38,000 bases of DNA from the IMG/VR virus record IMGVR_UViG_3300039008_000162, positions 1 to 38,000 of that record. The stretch is one strand, 5' to 3'. The stretch's first letter is position 1. Each line of letters opens with the position of its first letter. Made by a program: the position numbers and the translations under genes. A model generated the notes under the pieces. It saw only the letters and a program-made list of their open reading frames with translations. It searched no databases and was not told the origin of the DNA. Source of the stretch: a virus. Of this stretch, positions 1 to 9,193 are shown piece by piece.

Positions 1-28
1 CTTCAAATGTAATCTGTTTATGCCCCAT
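1..28 (-). CDS. 5' end of an outward-reading ORF (MGHKQITFE...), possibly an IS5-family transposase; truncated by the window edge
   Basis: ATG at 28..26 on the minus strand, preceded by GGAGG 8 nt upstream. The N-terminus resembles the IS5 InsH start MSHQLTFADSEF. Only 9 codons are visible. Confidence 0.35.
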
Positions 29-140
29 GTAGTTATCCCTCCATTGTGGAGTTTTTTCATGTAAGGACAACATATCATGGGGCTTCTTGTTTTGAAGCCC
101 TAAGTTCATCAAGGTGTTAAGTTTCAAATTACAATCTACG
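1..140. repeat. Left copy of a perfect 140-bp inverted repeat (partner 37861..38000)
   Basis: The reverse complement of 37861..38000 is identical to 1..140. Identity ends exactly at 141 versus 37860 (c versus complement g). Confidence 0.97.
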
Positions 141-183
141 CTAAAAAAGAAATTTCGGTTTCGAAAATCGTCAGGAGAAGAAA

Positions 184-360
184 ATGCCAATTGAACGATG
201 GGAATGCGAATACTGCGAAGATATTTTTGACCCTGATTGGGAATGCGAAGATCACGAAGATAACTACCTCGAAAACCCACAGGCGCAATTAAAAAATTTG
301 CTAGCAGATAAGTGTGTAACTTGTACCCGATGCAGCATGAGCGGACTTCACTACAGATAA
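184..360 (+). CDS. Small Cys-rich protein (58 aa), zinc-ribbon-like
   Basis: Translates to MPIERWECEYCEDIFDPDWECEDHEDNYLENPQAQLKNLLADKCVTCTRCSMSGLHYR. AGGAG SD lies about 7 nt upstream. Contains CxxC...CxxH and CxxCxxC motifs. Too short for the supplied ORF track. Confidence 0.4.
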   Translation: MPIERWECEYCEDIFDPDWECEDHEDNYLENPQAQLKNLLADKCVTCTRCSMSGLHYR

Positions 361-586
361 TGCGCACCTGAATGCAAACTCAGACATGCCAAGCTACCTG
401 TATCTGAAGGTGACAGGTGCGAACCATCTGATAACATTCCGGAAATGCTGGCATCCCACAACATCAACGTAGCTGTTGAAGACTTTCAAGCAAATACTCA
501 CTCAACAAAGAGGATACCATAAAAAAATTACAGGATGTAACCGTTCAAACATCTTAGAACAAAATTTCAACTACCCCTTAAAAAGA

Positions 587-623
587 TAAAAACGAAGCTG
601 AAATCAATTCAGTCTCGTTTTTA
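587..623. terminator. Bidirectional rho-independent terminator
   Basis: 12-bp stem 591..602 / 608..619 with one mismatch and one GU pair. An A-run lies on the left and a T-run on the right, between convergent genes. Confidence 0.55.
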
Positions 624-661
624 ACTCCCAATCATCAAAAAAACAATTTAGTTCTGATAAG

Positions 662-1171
662 CTACGACACATCTACAGGTATAAACTTAACAGGATCAAA
701 AACCACGTTTTCATCTTTTGACTTAATCTGGATATATATTCTATCTGAATTAGTGTGGTACATCCAAAGCTCTTCCCAATATGACTCACCATTTTGTAAC
801 ACAACTTTTTCTTTTTTATGCCAAAATTTAATTCCTTCTACAAAAAGTAACTTTCTACCCTCTGCATTTGCAGTAGTAAGCCACACCATGTTCGAATTTT
901 TATGAAGGTGGCTTATATATAAATAAGCTGTATAGTCATAATTGCTCCATGTATGATATGACCCATTACTTAAAGTAACTTTATCTACACCTGTTCTTCC
1001 GATATCTTTCCCACCTGTCAGGTGATAAAACTTATTTGAAACTTGAATTTTGAACGGAATAGACTGAAAAGAGACCACATGAGAATCTACAGGATTCATT
1101 TTTACTTTTTTTACACAGCCCACAATAAAAAAAATAGTTAACACTAAAAGCAACACCTTACGCTTCTTCAT
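662..1171 (-). CDS. Lipoprotein, unknown function (AT-rich moron-like gene)
   Basis: Starting at the second Met gives MKKRKVLLLVLTIFFIVGC, a signal peptide with a lipobox Cys. The gene is visibly more AT-rich than the adjacent phage genes. Confidence 0.7.
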   Translation of the reverse strand: MKKRKVLLLVLTIFFIVGCVKKVKMNPVDSHVVSFQSIPFKIQVSNKFYHLTGGKDIGRTGVDKVTLSNGSYHTWSNYDYTAYLYISHLHKNSNMVWLTTANAEGRKLLFVEGIKFWHKKEKVVLQNGESYWEELWMYHTNSDRIYIQIKSKDENVVFDPVKFIPVDVS

Positions 1172-1402
1172 ACAATTCCCTTTGTGCAAATCTATACAAA
1201 CTTTAATTCAACAAATTAAAAACTGTACGCAAGCCCCATCCTCACATTTAAAGGCTTATACTCTTCATTAACAACTTAAAAAATAATAAGTTAAACTTAA
1301 AAAGACGGGTACACACAAAGAATTTATATGTCATTTAGAACATGGTGTTGCAAACCAATTTCAATCCCAGCAACATAAACAGCCCTATCAAACGCATTGC
1401 CA

Positions 1403-2842
1403 CTAAAACACTTTTCGCTTTCCTTTTAACACCTTAGTAAAGGAATCATTAACTACCCCTGTAGGCATCGGCAACCCACGAGTTTCCAGCATTGCTTCTT
1501 CTTGAGAAATTTTAAGCTGCTGTTCCGGTGAGGCGCGAAGGTGTGAAAGCGGGTCTGTTGGTTCAAAACGGCGCTCTTCGGGAATATTTTGCATCCTATG
1601 CTCTCGTTCCCGTTGCGACCATTCAACATCAAAAGCCCTGTTTTCTTCTTCGGTTCTACGAAGCTGCTGCTCTTCAGCGTAATCCATTGCATCCCATTCG
1701 GGCGAGGTAAGAGGGGTAGGCTCAACAAGCCCTTCTGCTTTCACAGTACTCTTGATGCCACTATCTGCTGGTGATTCCGGTTTAGCATCCTGCGGGGTGT
1801 TTTCCTTATTACCCTCACCAGTCAGCTCTTGATCTGACTTGTTCGGGTCAAGGGATTCTTCCCCCGTCATGGCAACATCCGCACTCTGTCCAGCTTTACG
1901 ACTTGTTAATCTATGCAGCCCCTTTACACCAGACCCAAGACCGCCCGTCATAGCAACTTGCAAGGCAGTTTGCGCTGCAACACCTTTAACGGACTCGCCA
2001 AAGTCCGCAAGTTCCCTGTGCTCACCCTCTAGCAGTCCTGAATCAACGGCAAGGTTATGCTGCCCTTGTTCTGTAATCGCCTCGGTGACAATTTCAGTAC
2101 CAAACATTTCAGCACCCTTACCTGTGAGTCTGGTCAACACATTCTTCGCAAGGGTTTCGCCAAGCACTTTTTTCGCAGGGGCAAAGACAATTCCGGCACC
2201 TGCCACGTTACCGAATAGTTCCGGCAAGGCTTCCCATAAGCCATGCTCTGTTCCCAGATCGTCAAGATTTTCCTTGGCGTTTTCCCATTCTTCTTCAGTA
2301 AGTCCATGTCCACGATCTTGCATGCTTTCTTCATTAAACTGATTGAGCGTTTCTTCCATGAACATGTCTTTTGCAATGCGATACGCTGTAGCGCCTGATG
2401 CAACAGTACCTGCTGCACCAGCTGCTACAGGGTTGCCACCAGACAGTGCAAGCCCTGCCCCACTCGCAACCACACCGGACAAGGCTGAAGCTCCTGAAAA
2501 GCCAAGGCTCTCAGGAGTCTTAGCAATATGTTCAGCAGATCCTTGCCCCCTGTACTTCTGCATATGTTCAGCAGCGTCTTGCCTGCTTTTGATGATATAA
2601 TTATCCAATAAGCCGCGGCTGGAAGGGTGCGGAATATCCCCACCTCGATAGTCGCGCGCAAAGGCAGGAGCAACCTGTTCGACACCCTCAGCAAAAGTTG
2701 AACCTAACGCACCAATGGTGTTCAAAAGCCCGCCCTGTTGTGGAACAGGTTCGTCGCTATTCCAACGGCGCTCAAATTCTTCAAACGAGATTTCGTTACG
2801 CATTGGGCTAATTTCATACTGCTCTCTAATGTCAAATTGCAT
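1403..2842 (-). CDS. Internal virion/ejection-like protein with a Gly/Ala-rich hydrophobic core
   Basis: Start chosen at MQFDIREQ (AGGAG SD), just after the stop of the upstream gene. Contains a long GxxxG/Ala-rich segment. It is the last gene of the late operon. Confidence 0.6.
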   Translation of the reverse strand: MQFDIREQYEISPMRNEISFEEFERRWNSDEPVPQQGGLLNTIGALGSTFAEGVEQVAPAFARDYRGGDIPHPSSRGLLDNYIIKSRQDAAEHMQKYRGQGSAEHIAKTPESLGFSGASALSGVVASGAGLALSGGNPVAAGAAGTVASGATAYRIAKDMFMEETLNQFNEESMQDRGHGLTEEEWENAKENLDDLGTEHGLWEALPELFGNVAGAGIVFAPAKKVLGETLAKNVLTRLTGKGAEMFGTEIVTEAITEQGQHNLAVDSGLLEGEHRELADFGESVKGVAAQTALQVAMTGGLGSGVKGLHRLTSRKAGQSADVAMTGEESLDPNKSDQELTGEGNKENTPQDAKPESPADSGIKSTVKAEGLVEPTPLTSPEWDAMDYAEEQQLRRTEEENRAFDVEWSQREREHRMQNIPEERRFEPTDPLSHLRASPEQQLKISQEEAMLETRGLPMPTGVVNDSFTKVLKGKRKVF

Positions 2843-2850
2843 GGCTGCTC

Positions 2851-3663
2851 CTATTTCCCGGCATACACTGCATTGTCGTGGTTGGTGACTGTAAAGAACG
2901 GATGCGCTTCGCGCCAAGCGGCGCTTTTTTGGGCATAAATAGCTCGAGCCTCTTCCTCGCTAAGTTCTTTTTTAACATCACCGGAAACAAGATAGAACCG
3001 CCGCTCACCCGTCATCTTGTTTTCAAAAACGGAGATTTCACCATCTTCAAAAGGGTCAGCCTTATTTTGATCTGGAACATCCGGCTTTCTTTTTCCGATA
3101 AACCCTTTGTAAGCAGTCGAACCATTGCCGCTCCCCGCTGTATGAGGCTGCAAACCTTGTTTCAAACCAGCAGGACTCTGCTTTTCTCCCTGTGCAAGAG
3201 ATGGCTTCGGCTGCTCAAGCCCTCCCTTCTTTGGTTTGGAAGAACCAAGAAGCATTGTTGCAACTTGTTGCTCAACTAACGCCCGTACCTGATCCGGCTT
3301 TGCGCCTGCACGCACATGGCGCTTAATTCCTTCCGCAACCAGATTTTCATACTGCTGATTTATAGCGTGAATATTGTTCCCAGCACGGCTGAGCACTGCT
3401 GCCTTGTTGGCATTATAGACCTTGGCGCCCGTAGCGTCTTCAGTGGTACAGAGTGCTCTAATCTCTTCAGAGTACTGCTTTTGCGTCATAGGCTTGCGTG
3501 TTTTATCCAAACCACGACTAGGCAGTACGCCTAGCTCTGCCAGTTCATCTGCGGTATGCGGGTTATCAACCCCAAAATTTTTAACAAAATTTCTATCCTC
3601 ATCCACAAGCAAAAACTCTGTTGGTCTGGTGTAATCCTGCAATGAGTTCTGAGGGATACCCAC
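2851..3663 (-). CDS. Virion-associated protein, unknown function
   Basis: 270-aa ORF with a GTG start. Its first 133 nt overlap the previous ORF in the -1 frame, and this frame has the more protein-like composition there. Confidence 0.55.
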   Translation of the reverse strand: MGIPQNSLQDYTRPTEFLLVDEDRNFVKNFGVDNPHTADELAELGVLPSRGLDKTRKPMTQKQYSEEIRALCTTEDATGAKVYNANKAAVLSRAGNNIHAINQQYENLVAEGIKRHVRAGAKPDQVRALVEQQVATMLLGSSKPKKGGLEQPKPSLAQGEKQSPAGLKQGLQPHTAGSGNGSTAYKGFIGKRKPDVPDQNKADPFEDGEISVFENKMTGERRFYLVSGDVKKELSEEEARAIYAQKSAAWREAHPFFTVTNHDNAVYAGK

Positions 3664-4601
3664 ACCAGCTTGCCACCAAGTCGCATTGGTACATGCTTGG
3701 AGGTGTCATACAAATTGCTGTTATTGATTTGCTTGGTTGCCTCAAAAGAAGACGCTGAAAGGTGGTTATAGTCGGGGTTATGTCTCGCACCAAGAGAGTC
3801 AACCCGTTCGCCCCGTTTCACCTGAAGAAGGGTCTGCGCCACCTCGTCATTGCTCATCACTCTGCCTGTATCAACAAACTTGCCACCACTCTTGTCTAAC
3901 CGCATGAATACTGAGAATCCACCGTGTGTGGCTTTAAATTGATATGAAAGATTTGCATAGTGCATGGCGGTTTCGGCAGATGCCGTAAAGCCTGCTGCAT
4001 CATTTTTCTTTAAGGCACCCAGCGCACGGTCAATATTTGGGGCAACCTTTGTCTGGTAATTCTGTGTAATTCGGGCATCACGCGCCTTAGCAAAAGCCCC
4101 ACCCGCCTCCTCGTTATGCTTGAGCGTGTCAAACACCATGCTCGCCGCTCTCATGTCAGTCAGGTTTTTAGGCACAAAAGCACTTTGATATGACCCCGTA
4201 GCCGCACCCTCTTGCAGCAATTCGTTTGCCCGGCGTCTGGCTGCTGCAAGCTCATTTGCCGTTCTTTTCTTTTGTTCGAGGGTTAATTTGCTGGCATCAA
4301 TATTAGCGCGTGCGAGTTCGGTATCTAGCCCATGCGACTCAATGTTACGCTCTTCCTGTGCTGCATTATGATTGAATGCCTGTTCATTGATTTTTTGCCG
4401 CTGCGCTCCAAGCGCCATACTTTGCTCATGCACTTCACGAGCTAAACTCATACGTTCGGCTTCATTCTGAGCAGCCATATCCATTTTTTGCCGCTGCAAT
4501 TCCATATTCTGGCGCTGCATCCGGTCATTATGCAGCCGATGGGTTTGGTTAAGAATCTCCCATCCGTCGTCAGCAGTAAATTCACCATATTGGTTAGGCA
4601 T
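3531..4601 (-). CDS. Coiled-coil virion/ejection-like protein
   Basis: Q/E/A/R-rich helical N-terminal 300 aa. The last ~45 aa (SLRTHCRITPDQQSFCLWMRIEILL...) look non-coding, so the true end may lie near 3664. Confidence 0.55.
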   Translation of the reverse strand: MPNQYGEFTADDGWEILNQTHRLHNDRMQRQNMELQRQKMDMAAQNEAERMSLAREVHEQSMALGAQRQKINEQAFNHNAAQEERNIESHGLDTELARANIDASKLTLEQKKRTANELAAARRRANELLQEGAATGSYQSAFVPKNLTDMRAASMVFDTLKHNEEAGGAFAKARDARITQNYQTKVAPNIDRALGALKKNDAAGFTASAETAMHYANLSYQFKATHGGFSVFMRLDKSGGKFVDTGRVMSNDEVAQTLLQVKRGERVDSLGARHNPDYNHLSASSFEATKQINNSNLYDTSKHVPMRLGGKLVWVSLRTHCRITPDQQSFCLWMRIEILLKILGLITRIPQMNWQS

Positions 4602-4611
4602 AGCTCACTCC

Positions 4612-5058
4612 TTATGACATGAGATAGATAGAAGCACCGATAAGTGCACCGACACCAACACCGATAGGACCAGCCATTGAACCCATCGTTGCGCCTGTGC
4701 CTGCTCCCGCTGCCAAACCACCAGCGGCAGCAGTTGTGGCGGTTGTAGTTCCCGCTGCTGTCAAGCCTGCGGTTGTTCCGGCTGCTGCAACAGAAGAAAG
4801 CCCCGTGCTAGCAGTAGTTCCAAGCCCTACAGTTGTCCCTGTTTCAGCAGCACCAGAGACTAAACCACCCAATACTCCACCCTCGCCAAGCATTTCGCCG
4901 CCCATAAACGCCATAGGGACAGCCGAACCTAACGTGCCGCCTGCGGACTTTTCCGGTCTTTTCACTTTACGTTTCTGTTGCATCTTCCCTGCTGTAGCAG
5001 CCGCCGTCTGCATGCCGCCCATTGCTTCGGCAGCGTAGTCTTTTACTTTTAAATCCAT
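4612..5058 (-). CDS. Gly/Ala/Thr-rich membrane-active virion protein
   Basis: 148 aa with extreme G/A/T composition and a hydrophobic C-terminus. This resembles podovirus internal proteins. Confidence 0.6.
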   Translation of the reverse strand: MDLKVKDYAAEAMGGMQTAAATAGKMQQKRKVKRPEKSAGGTLGSAVPMAFMGGEMLGEGGVLGGLVSGAAETGTTVGLGTTASTGLSSVAAAGTTAGLTAAGTTTATTAAAGGLAAGAGTGATMGSMAGPIGVGVGALIGASIYLMS

Positions 5059-5711
5059 TACGAAAGACCTCCACCGGACGCTTGCAGACCGTAGGTTGCG
5101 CCTGCTTGCAGCCGTTTAAAGTTTTCCTGCTCTGAAGCTATTCGGGTAAGTCCACGCGCTCCGGCAGTTGCCTTGGCTTTGGCGAGATTTTGAGAGTTGA
5201 TAAGGGATGCTGTTGAACCAGCAGAAGGGGTGACACCCATGCGGGACAGACCGCGCTGTGTCTGCTGATTGGCATCTTTAAAGGATTGCGCCACATCGGC
5301 TGTGGCTCTGCCCATGCGGTCATTAATATTTACCCCGTTGCGGGCTTCGGATAGAAACTGACTGCGAACAGGGGCGGTTTCTCGGATGGCACGCTGCATG
5401 TCCCCGTATTTCGCCTGACCGTAGAGAGACTTGGATTTTTCTAAATCTGTCTGGTAGGGAAGCAGTTTGTGCTGCGCTTTAATCTTTGCGGTATCAAGAC
5501 CGCGCTGCCGAGTACGCCAGAAGTTGAAGTATTCTTCTGCCATATCCTGCTGGCGTTCATAAATCTTCGCCATACGGGCGTTATAGACTTCATCCACATT
5601 GTCACTGCTACCGCCGCTCTTGCACAAGATAACTGCGCCGTGGTGCTCAAACGATTCTTCTTCCAGAACTGTACCGTCCTTATCCAGCACCACCTTCAAA
5701 TAAACTTTCAT
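5058..5711 (-). CDS. Virion-associated protein, unknown function
   Basis: 217-aa ORF with a GGAGGG SD upstream. Its stop abuts the next start, suggesting translational coupling. Confidence 0.6.
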   Translation of the reverse strand: MKVYLKVVLDKDGTVLEEESFEHHGAVILCKSGGSSDNVDEVYNARMAKIYERQQDMAEEYFNFWRTRQRGLDTAKIKAQHKLLPYQTDLEKSKSLYGQAKYGDMQRAIRETAPVRSQFLSEARNGVNINDRMGRATADVAQSFKDANQQTQRGLSRMGVTPSAGSTASLINSQNLAKAKATAGARGLTRIASEQENFKRLQAGATYGLQASGGGLS

Positions 5712-6237
5712 ATTCTAAACCCTCCGGTATATCTTCGCGTGTAAAGGAGATGATAAGGGCAGGTTCACTTTCTTTTGTCTGTGCGTTGTATGCGCCCAAT
5801 GGTAAGCACCCTGCCACACGACCCCATTTGGTCACGTACCGACACGCAAGCTTGTTTTTTTGCGGAACAATGCCCATTAAGGAATCCAGTATATAGCCTC
5901 CGCCAACCTCCTCCAAAGTGACAAGTGCAGAAAGTATCTTCGGGGCAAACTCACGAGCTGCCTTGCCCCAGAACTTGCGGAATACACAGAAGTGGAATTG
6001 CATGAAGCGCATTTGATGGCGATTGAGCCACACCAAGGCAGCAGGTTCGGCATTGGCGAAAAGGATAAACAGATGGGTGTCGATGCGCTGCATTGTTTCT
6101 AAAAACGTATCTGCCGACGTAATACAGCCATCGTAGAACAGAGTGCTATGCAGCCCCTCGTCCACTACCCGGTGATATAGAGCACGGATGATTGAATCAG
6201 AAAAATTACCACTGGCATATGGAACAAGCTTATACAT
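5680..6237 (-). CDS. Possible GNAT-fold protein (weak)
   Basis: Start at MYKLVPY in a TAATG stop/start overlap, with a GGAGG SD. The pattern VWLNRHQMRFMQFHFCVF ... GIVPQKNKLACRYVTKWG is reminiscent of phage acetyltransferase-like proteins. Confidence 0.5.
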   Translation of the reverse strand: MYKLVPYASGNFSDSIIRALYHRVVDEGLHSTLFYDGCITSADTFLETMQRIDTHLFILFANAEPAALVWLNRHQMRFMQFHFCVFRKFWGKAAREFAPKILSALVTLEEVGGGYILDSLMGIVPQKNKLACRYVTKWGRVAGCLPLGAYNAQTKESEPALIISFTREDIPEGLEYESLFEGGAG

Positions 6238-7172
6238 TACGCCTCCGCTGCGAGCCAAAAAAGAGAGCCGGACACTGCTTTTTCTGTGTTGTCAGAAAAA
6301 TGCAGCGTAGCCGTTGGCACAAACTGGTATTGCCCATTTCCCACTGCAAGAACCTCCGCGTGCAGCTGTAGGGTCTGATCGAGGGACGGGTATGTTTTGT
6401 CATAGGTCTGGATTGATCGAGGAGTCAGAAGAATCTGCGGCTTTTTGCTCCATGTTCCAGACAAACGCACCGCTTTTCGCCCATCGTCAAGGGCGGTAAA
6501 GGTCGTGGTGTCATCAGGGTCAAAGACTCCTGTCTGAACAGGCATCAGCGCAGAATTTAAATGCATACCGCTGAACACAGGGATAGCATCCCCCTTATCC
6601 GGCAGGACACTAAGAGACGTTGCAAGTACGTTGATAGCGCTTTTGTATGCCTCATCTTGGGCAAGGCGGGACAGCAGGTCATTAAGAGAGACAATCGTAA
6701 CCGCTGGCACATGCAGTCCGCCAGAGTCAGGAATCCACCCCGAATGTTTGTGATAAACCGTTCCGGTGCGAATCCAGTAGTACCTATCTACATCCACAAG
6801 AATGTTTACCGGAGTGTACTCACACACCACGGCAGGGAGAGTCGCCACACGGGTGGCACTGGAAATATCGTTCCCTTTTGTACTGCACCACACCTCGGTA
6901 AAGGCGTTCTCTCCTCCAACCGCTACAGACCATCTCAGGGTATGTGTCATGCCTGACTGCGTGCAGGTGAGGTCAAAAGGAGGTGTCGGGGCAACATTCG
7001 GGTTCGTGTTTCCTCCTTGATGGGGAATACTTGGAGATGCGCTAGAAACATTGCTCGCAGGTATCTGTGCAAGCTGAAGCACGGTATCCCGAACTGCTTG
7101 CAAAAAACGCATGGTGGCGGGCGGTTGTCCGCTTGGTACTGCCGGAATAGAAATATTGCGTTTACTGCCCAT
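6237..7172 (-). CDS. Tail-associated protein, possibly containing an FN3/Ig-like domain
   Basis: 311-aa ORF in the tail region, beta-rich (THTLRWSV..., YYWIRTG). Confidence 0.55.
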   Translation of the reverse strand: MGSKRNISIPAVPSGQPPATMRFLQAVRDTVLQLAQIPASNVSSASPSIPHQGGNTNPNVAPTPPFDLTCTQSGMTHTLRWSVAVGGENAFTEVWCSTKGNDISSATRVATLPAVVCEYTPVNILVDVDRYYWIRTGTVYHKHSGWIPDSGGLHVPAVTIVSLNDLLSRLAQDEAYKSAINVLATSLSVLPDKGDAIPVFSGMHLNSALMPVQTGVFDPDDTTTFTALDDGRKAVRLSGTWSKKPQILLTPRSIQTYDKTYPSLDQTLQLHAEVLAVGNGQYQFVPTATLHFSDNTEKAVSGSLFWLAAEA

Positions 7173-8769
7173 TGTTCATTGCCTCAATGCTTGTACCGAA
7201 CTGAATGCTGGATACAACGCCCGTACCGCTGACCGTGATACTCCACGCATGATCGGCAATACCAGAGCGCAATCGCATGACCAGATCAGGGCGGGTGACG
7301 GTTAGCTGCTGCTCCGTCTTACTGCTTTTAACAGTGACGACACACGGAGTGCTTGCGTTCACCCCACCGGAGACACGAATCGCTCCCATATTCATGGCTT
7401 TTTCTGAATAAAACAGCTTTGACTGCCATACATAAGGAACAGGCTCTCCTGCACCCCATTTAAATACAGCCTTTTCCCCGTCCTTTTCGCCAAGGATATA
7501 CAAGGCATCCTCTTCCAGATCGCGATGCACATCGAGCACGGTAACACCAAAATCAAAGGTGCGAATATCTGCCCGTTCCATATTGTAGATATGCCCGTCT
7601 GAACACCCTGCACGGAACAGTATATATTCTCCGTCATGCACTGCGCCAACCATTTGTTCTGGTTTCAGGGAGCGCCACTGCTCGCGGGTATAGAGCGTTT
7701 GGGAGACAAGCTTAAATCCTGCGGCGGTCAAAAAACCGATTCCATCAGGAGTTGCGTACAGAACACCACCTGAAACCGCCAGAGCGCTCTTTCGAGCCAC
7801 ACACGCCTGTCCCTCTGCAATGGGAGCCTGCCCCATACTCTCCGGTGAAGAGCCGGATAACGCATAGGGAATGCCTGTTGTCAGGGCGTAGACAAGGTTG
7901 TCCGCAACCGCCAAAGACACAAGGTCATACGGCACTGCCCTACGGTACGCAGGCGGATAGGCGTACGGGATGTTGGTTTCAGACACATAAATATCTTTAC
8001 CCTTGGCGGCAAAATAGATGCCGAACATGCCAAGGCAAATACTATGGGCATCATCCGGCAACCGCTCCCACCCTTCTGTGGGCAATATTTCAGACGACAG
8101 ATTCACATCAAGCACGCTGTCGGCAAACGATGTTGCTGTCTTAGGAATATCAGCAGAGTTTGCAGAATACGGCACAAGCTGAAACTCAGCCCCGTTTGTC
8201 CCTACGTTCGTACGGTACAGCCTGAACGACTTAATTGTGACTCCGGCAAGGTCAGGCAGGGTAAAGCCTGTAAGATTACATCCCTGTCCTTCTTTTACGT
8301 CCACAACAGGGGTTGGCGGGGATGGTTCTGACTCTGCACCATCTTCGCTCACATAGGTGTAGACATAGGAAGTACTGCGTACAATTTCGGCACCGCTGCT
8401 GACGCTTCCCGTAACAGACACACCAAGAGAGTTGGATGGGCGCGGCATACCTAAGCGGCTGACTGTATCCCCGTTCTTGGTTATTTGCTTGGGGTATTCA
8501 TCGCCAGTCACAAAGACTCTGCCTGATGCGGTGACAGCCGATTCAATGACCTCTGTCATATGGTCAAAGAAAAGGAATGTGCCGGAGCGCATCTTGTAAA
8601 AAGAAACAGCGTCAGGAGCAGTGCAGGGTTCAATTTGTTTCAGGCTATGCAGAAAGGAAATATGACCACGTTCGAGCTTACAGTTATGTGCCCTTGTGGC
8701 TGCGTGGGTGGGAAGGAGCTTATCATCCTTACGGGGAGTCGTGCCGATGAATCCGGCTATTGTTGGCAT
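7162..8769 (-). CDS. Large tail structural protein
   Basis: 535-aa beta-rich ORF, coupled to its neighbours by short overlaps. Confidence 0.6.
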   Translation of the reverse strand: MPTIAGFIGTTPRKDDKLLPTHAATRAHNCKLERGHISFLHSLKQIEPCTAPDAVSFYKMRSGTFLFFDHMTEVIESAVTASGRVFVTGDEYPKQITKNGDTVSRLGMPRPSNSLGVSVTGSVSSGAEIVRSTSYVYTYVSEDGAESEPSPPTPVVDVKEGQGCNLTGFTLPDLAGVTIKSFRLYRTNVGTNGAEFQLVPYSANSADIPKTATSFADSVLDVNLSSEILPTEGWERLPDDAHSICLGMFGIYFAAKGKDIYVSETNIPYAYPPAYRRAVPYDLVSLAVADNLVYALTTGIPYALSGSSPESMGQAPIAEGQACVARKSALAVSGGVLYATPDGIGFLTAAGFKLVSQTLYTREQWRSLKPEQMVGAVHDGEYILFRAGCSDGHIYNMERADIRTFDFGVTVLDVHRDLEEDALYILGEKDGEKAVFKWGAGEPVPYVWQSKLFYSEKAMNMGAIRVSGGVNASTPCVVTVKSSKTEQQLTVTRPDLVMRLRSGIADHAWSITVSGTGVVSSIQFGTSIEAMNNGQ

Positions 8770-9185
8770 TCACCTTCCTCTTTCTTCTTAATCGGTGCGG
8801 GTGGTTCACCCCAATCAATGATATGAGGGAAACCGCCTTGCTTGTTCACATCACGAAGATGCTTTCTATACACTATCCATTCTTGTTTATTTTCATCAGT
8901 GAGCGGCGAGTCTGCCCCCACTGTCCAGTCGCATTGGAGCAACAGTTCTGCACAATGATTTTGGGCACGACGGGCTACCTCCTCAGAATATTCAGGTTCA
9001 GGTCGTACTTTGACTTCCCATACTCTGCGCCATTCGCCATTGGCAAACTCTACCCCCATACAATGACGGGTAGTTAATCCTTCATCATGGACAGGCACGT
9101 TTTCATTTAGGGGCTTTAACCCCTTATGAAAAACAGCATTCCGCTGATTATAGATGGTTCGTGTTACTGGACAAATAAAATTCAT
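8757..9185 (-). CDS. Tail fiber assembly chaperone-like protein
   Basis: The C-terminal motif SPLTDENKQEWIVYRKHLRDVNKQGGFPHIIDWGEPP matches the W..YR..LRD...FP..I.WP..P signature of phage tail-fiber chaperones. It lies immediately downstream of the putative receptor-binding gene. Confidence 0.6.
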   Translation of the reverse strand: MNFICPVTRTIYNQRNAVFHKGLKPLNENVPVHDEGLTTRHCMGVEFANGEWRRVWEVKVRPEPEYSEEVARRAQNHCAELLLQCDWTVGADSPLTDENKQEWIVYRKHLRDVNKQGGFPHIIDWGEPPAPIKKKEEGECQQ

Positions 9186-9193
9186 ACCTCCTC

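Noticed and set aside
1839-5038. Long plus-strand ORFs (1839..2342, 2343..2600, 4697..5038) opposite the ejection-like genes
   Set aside because: These are antisense shadows of GC- and Gly/Ala-rich minus-strand genes. Their composition is Pro/Ser/Ala-rich and low-complexity, they lack an SD, and they break the otherwise continuous minus-strand operon.
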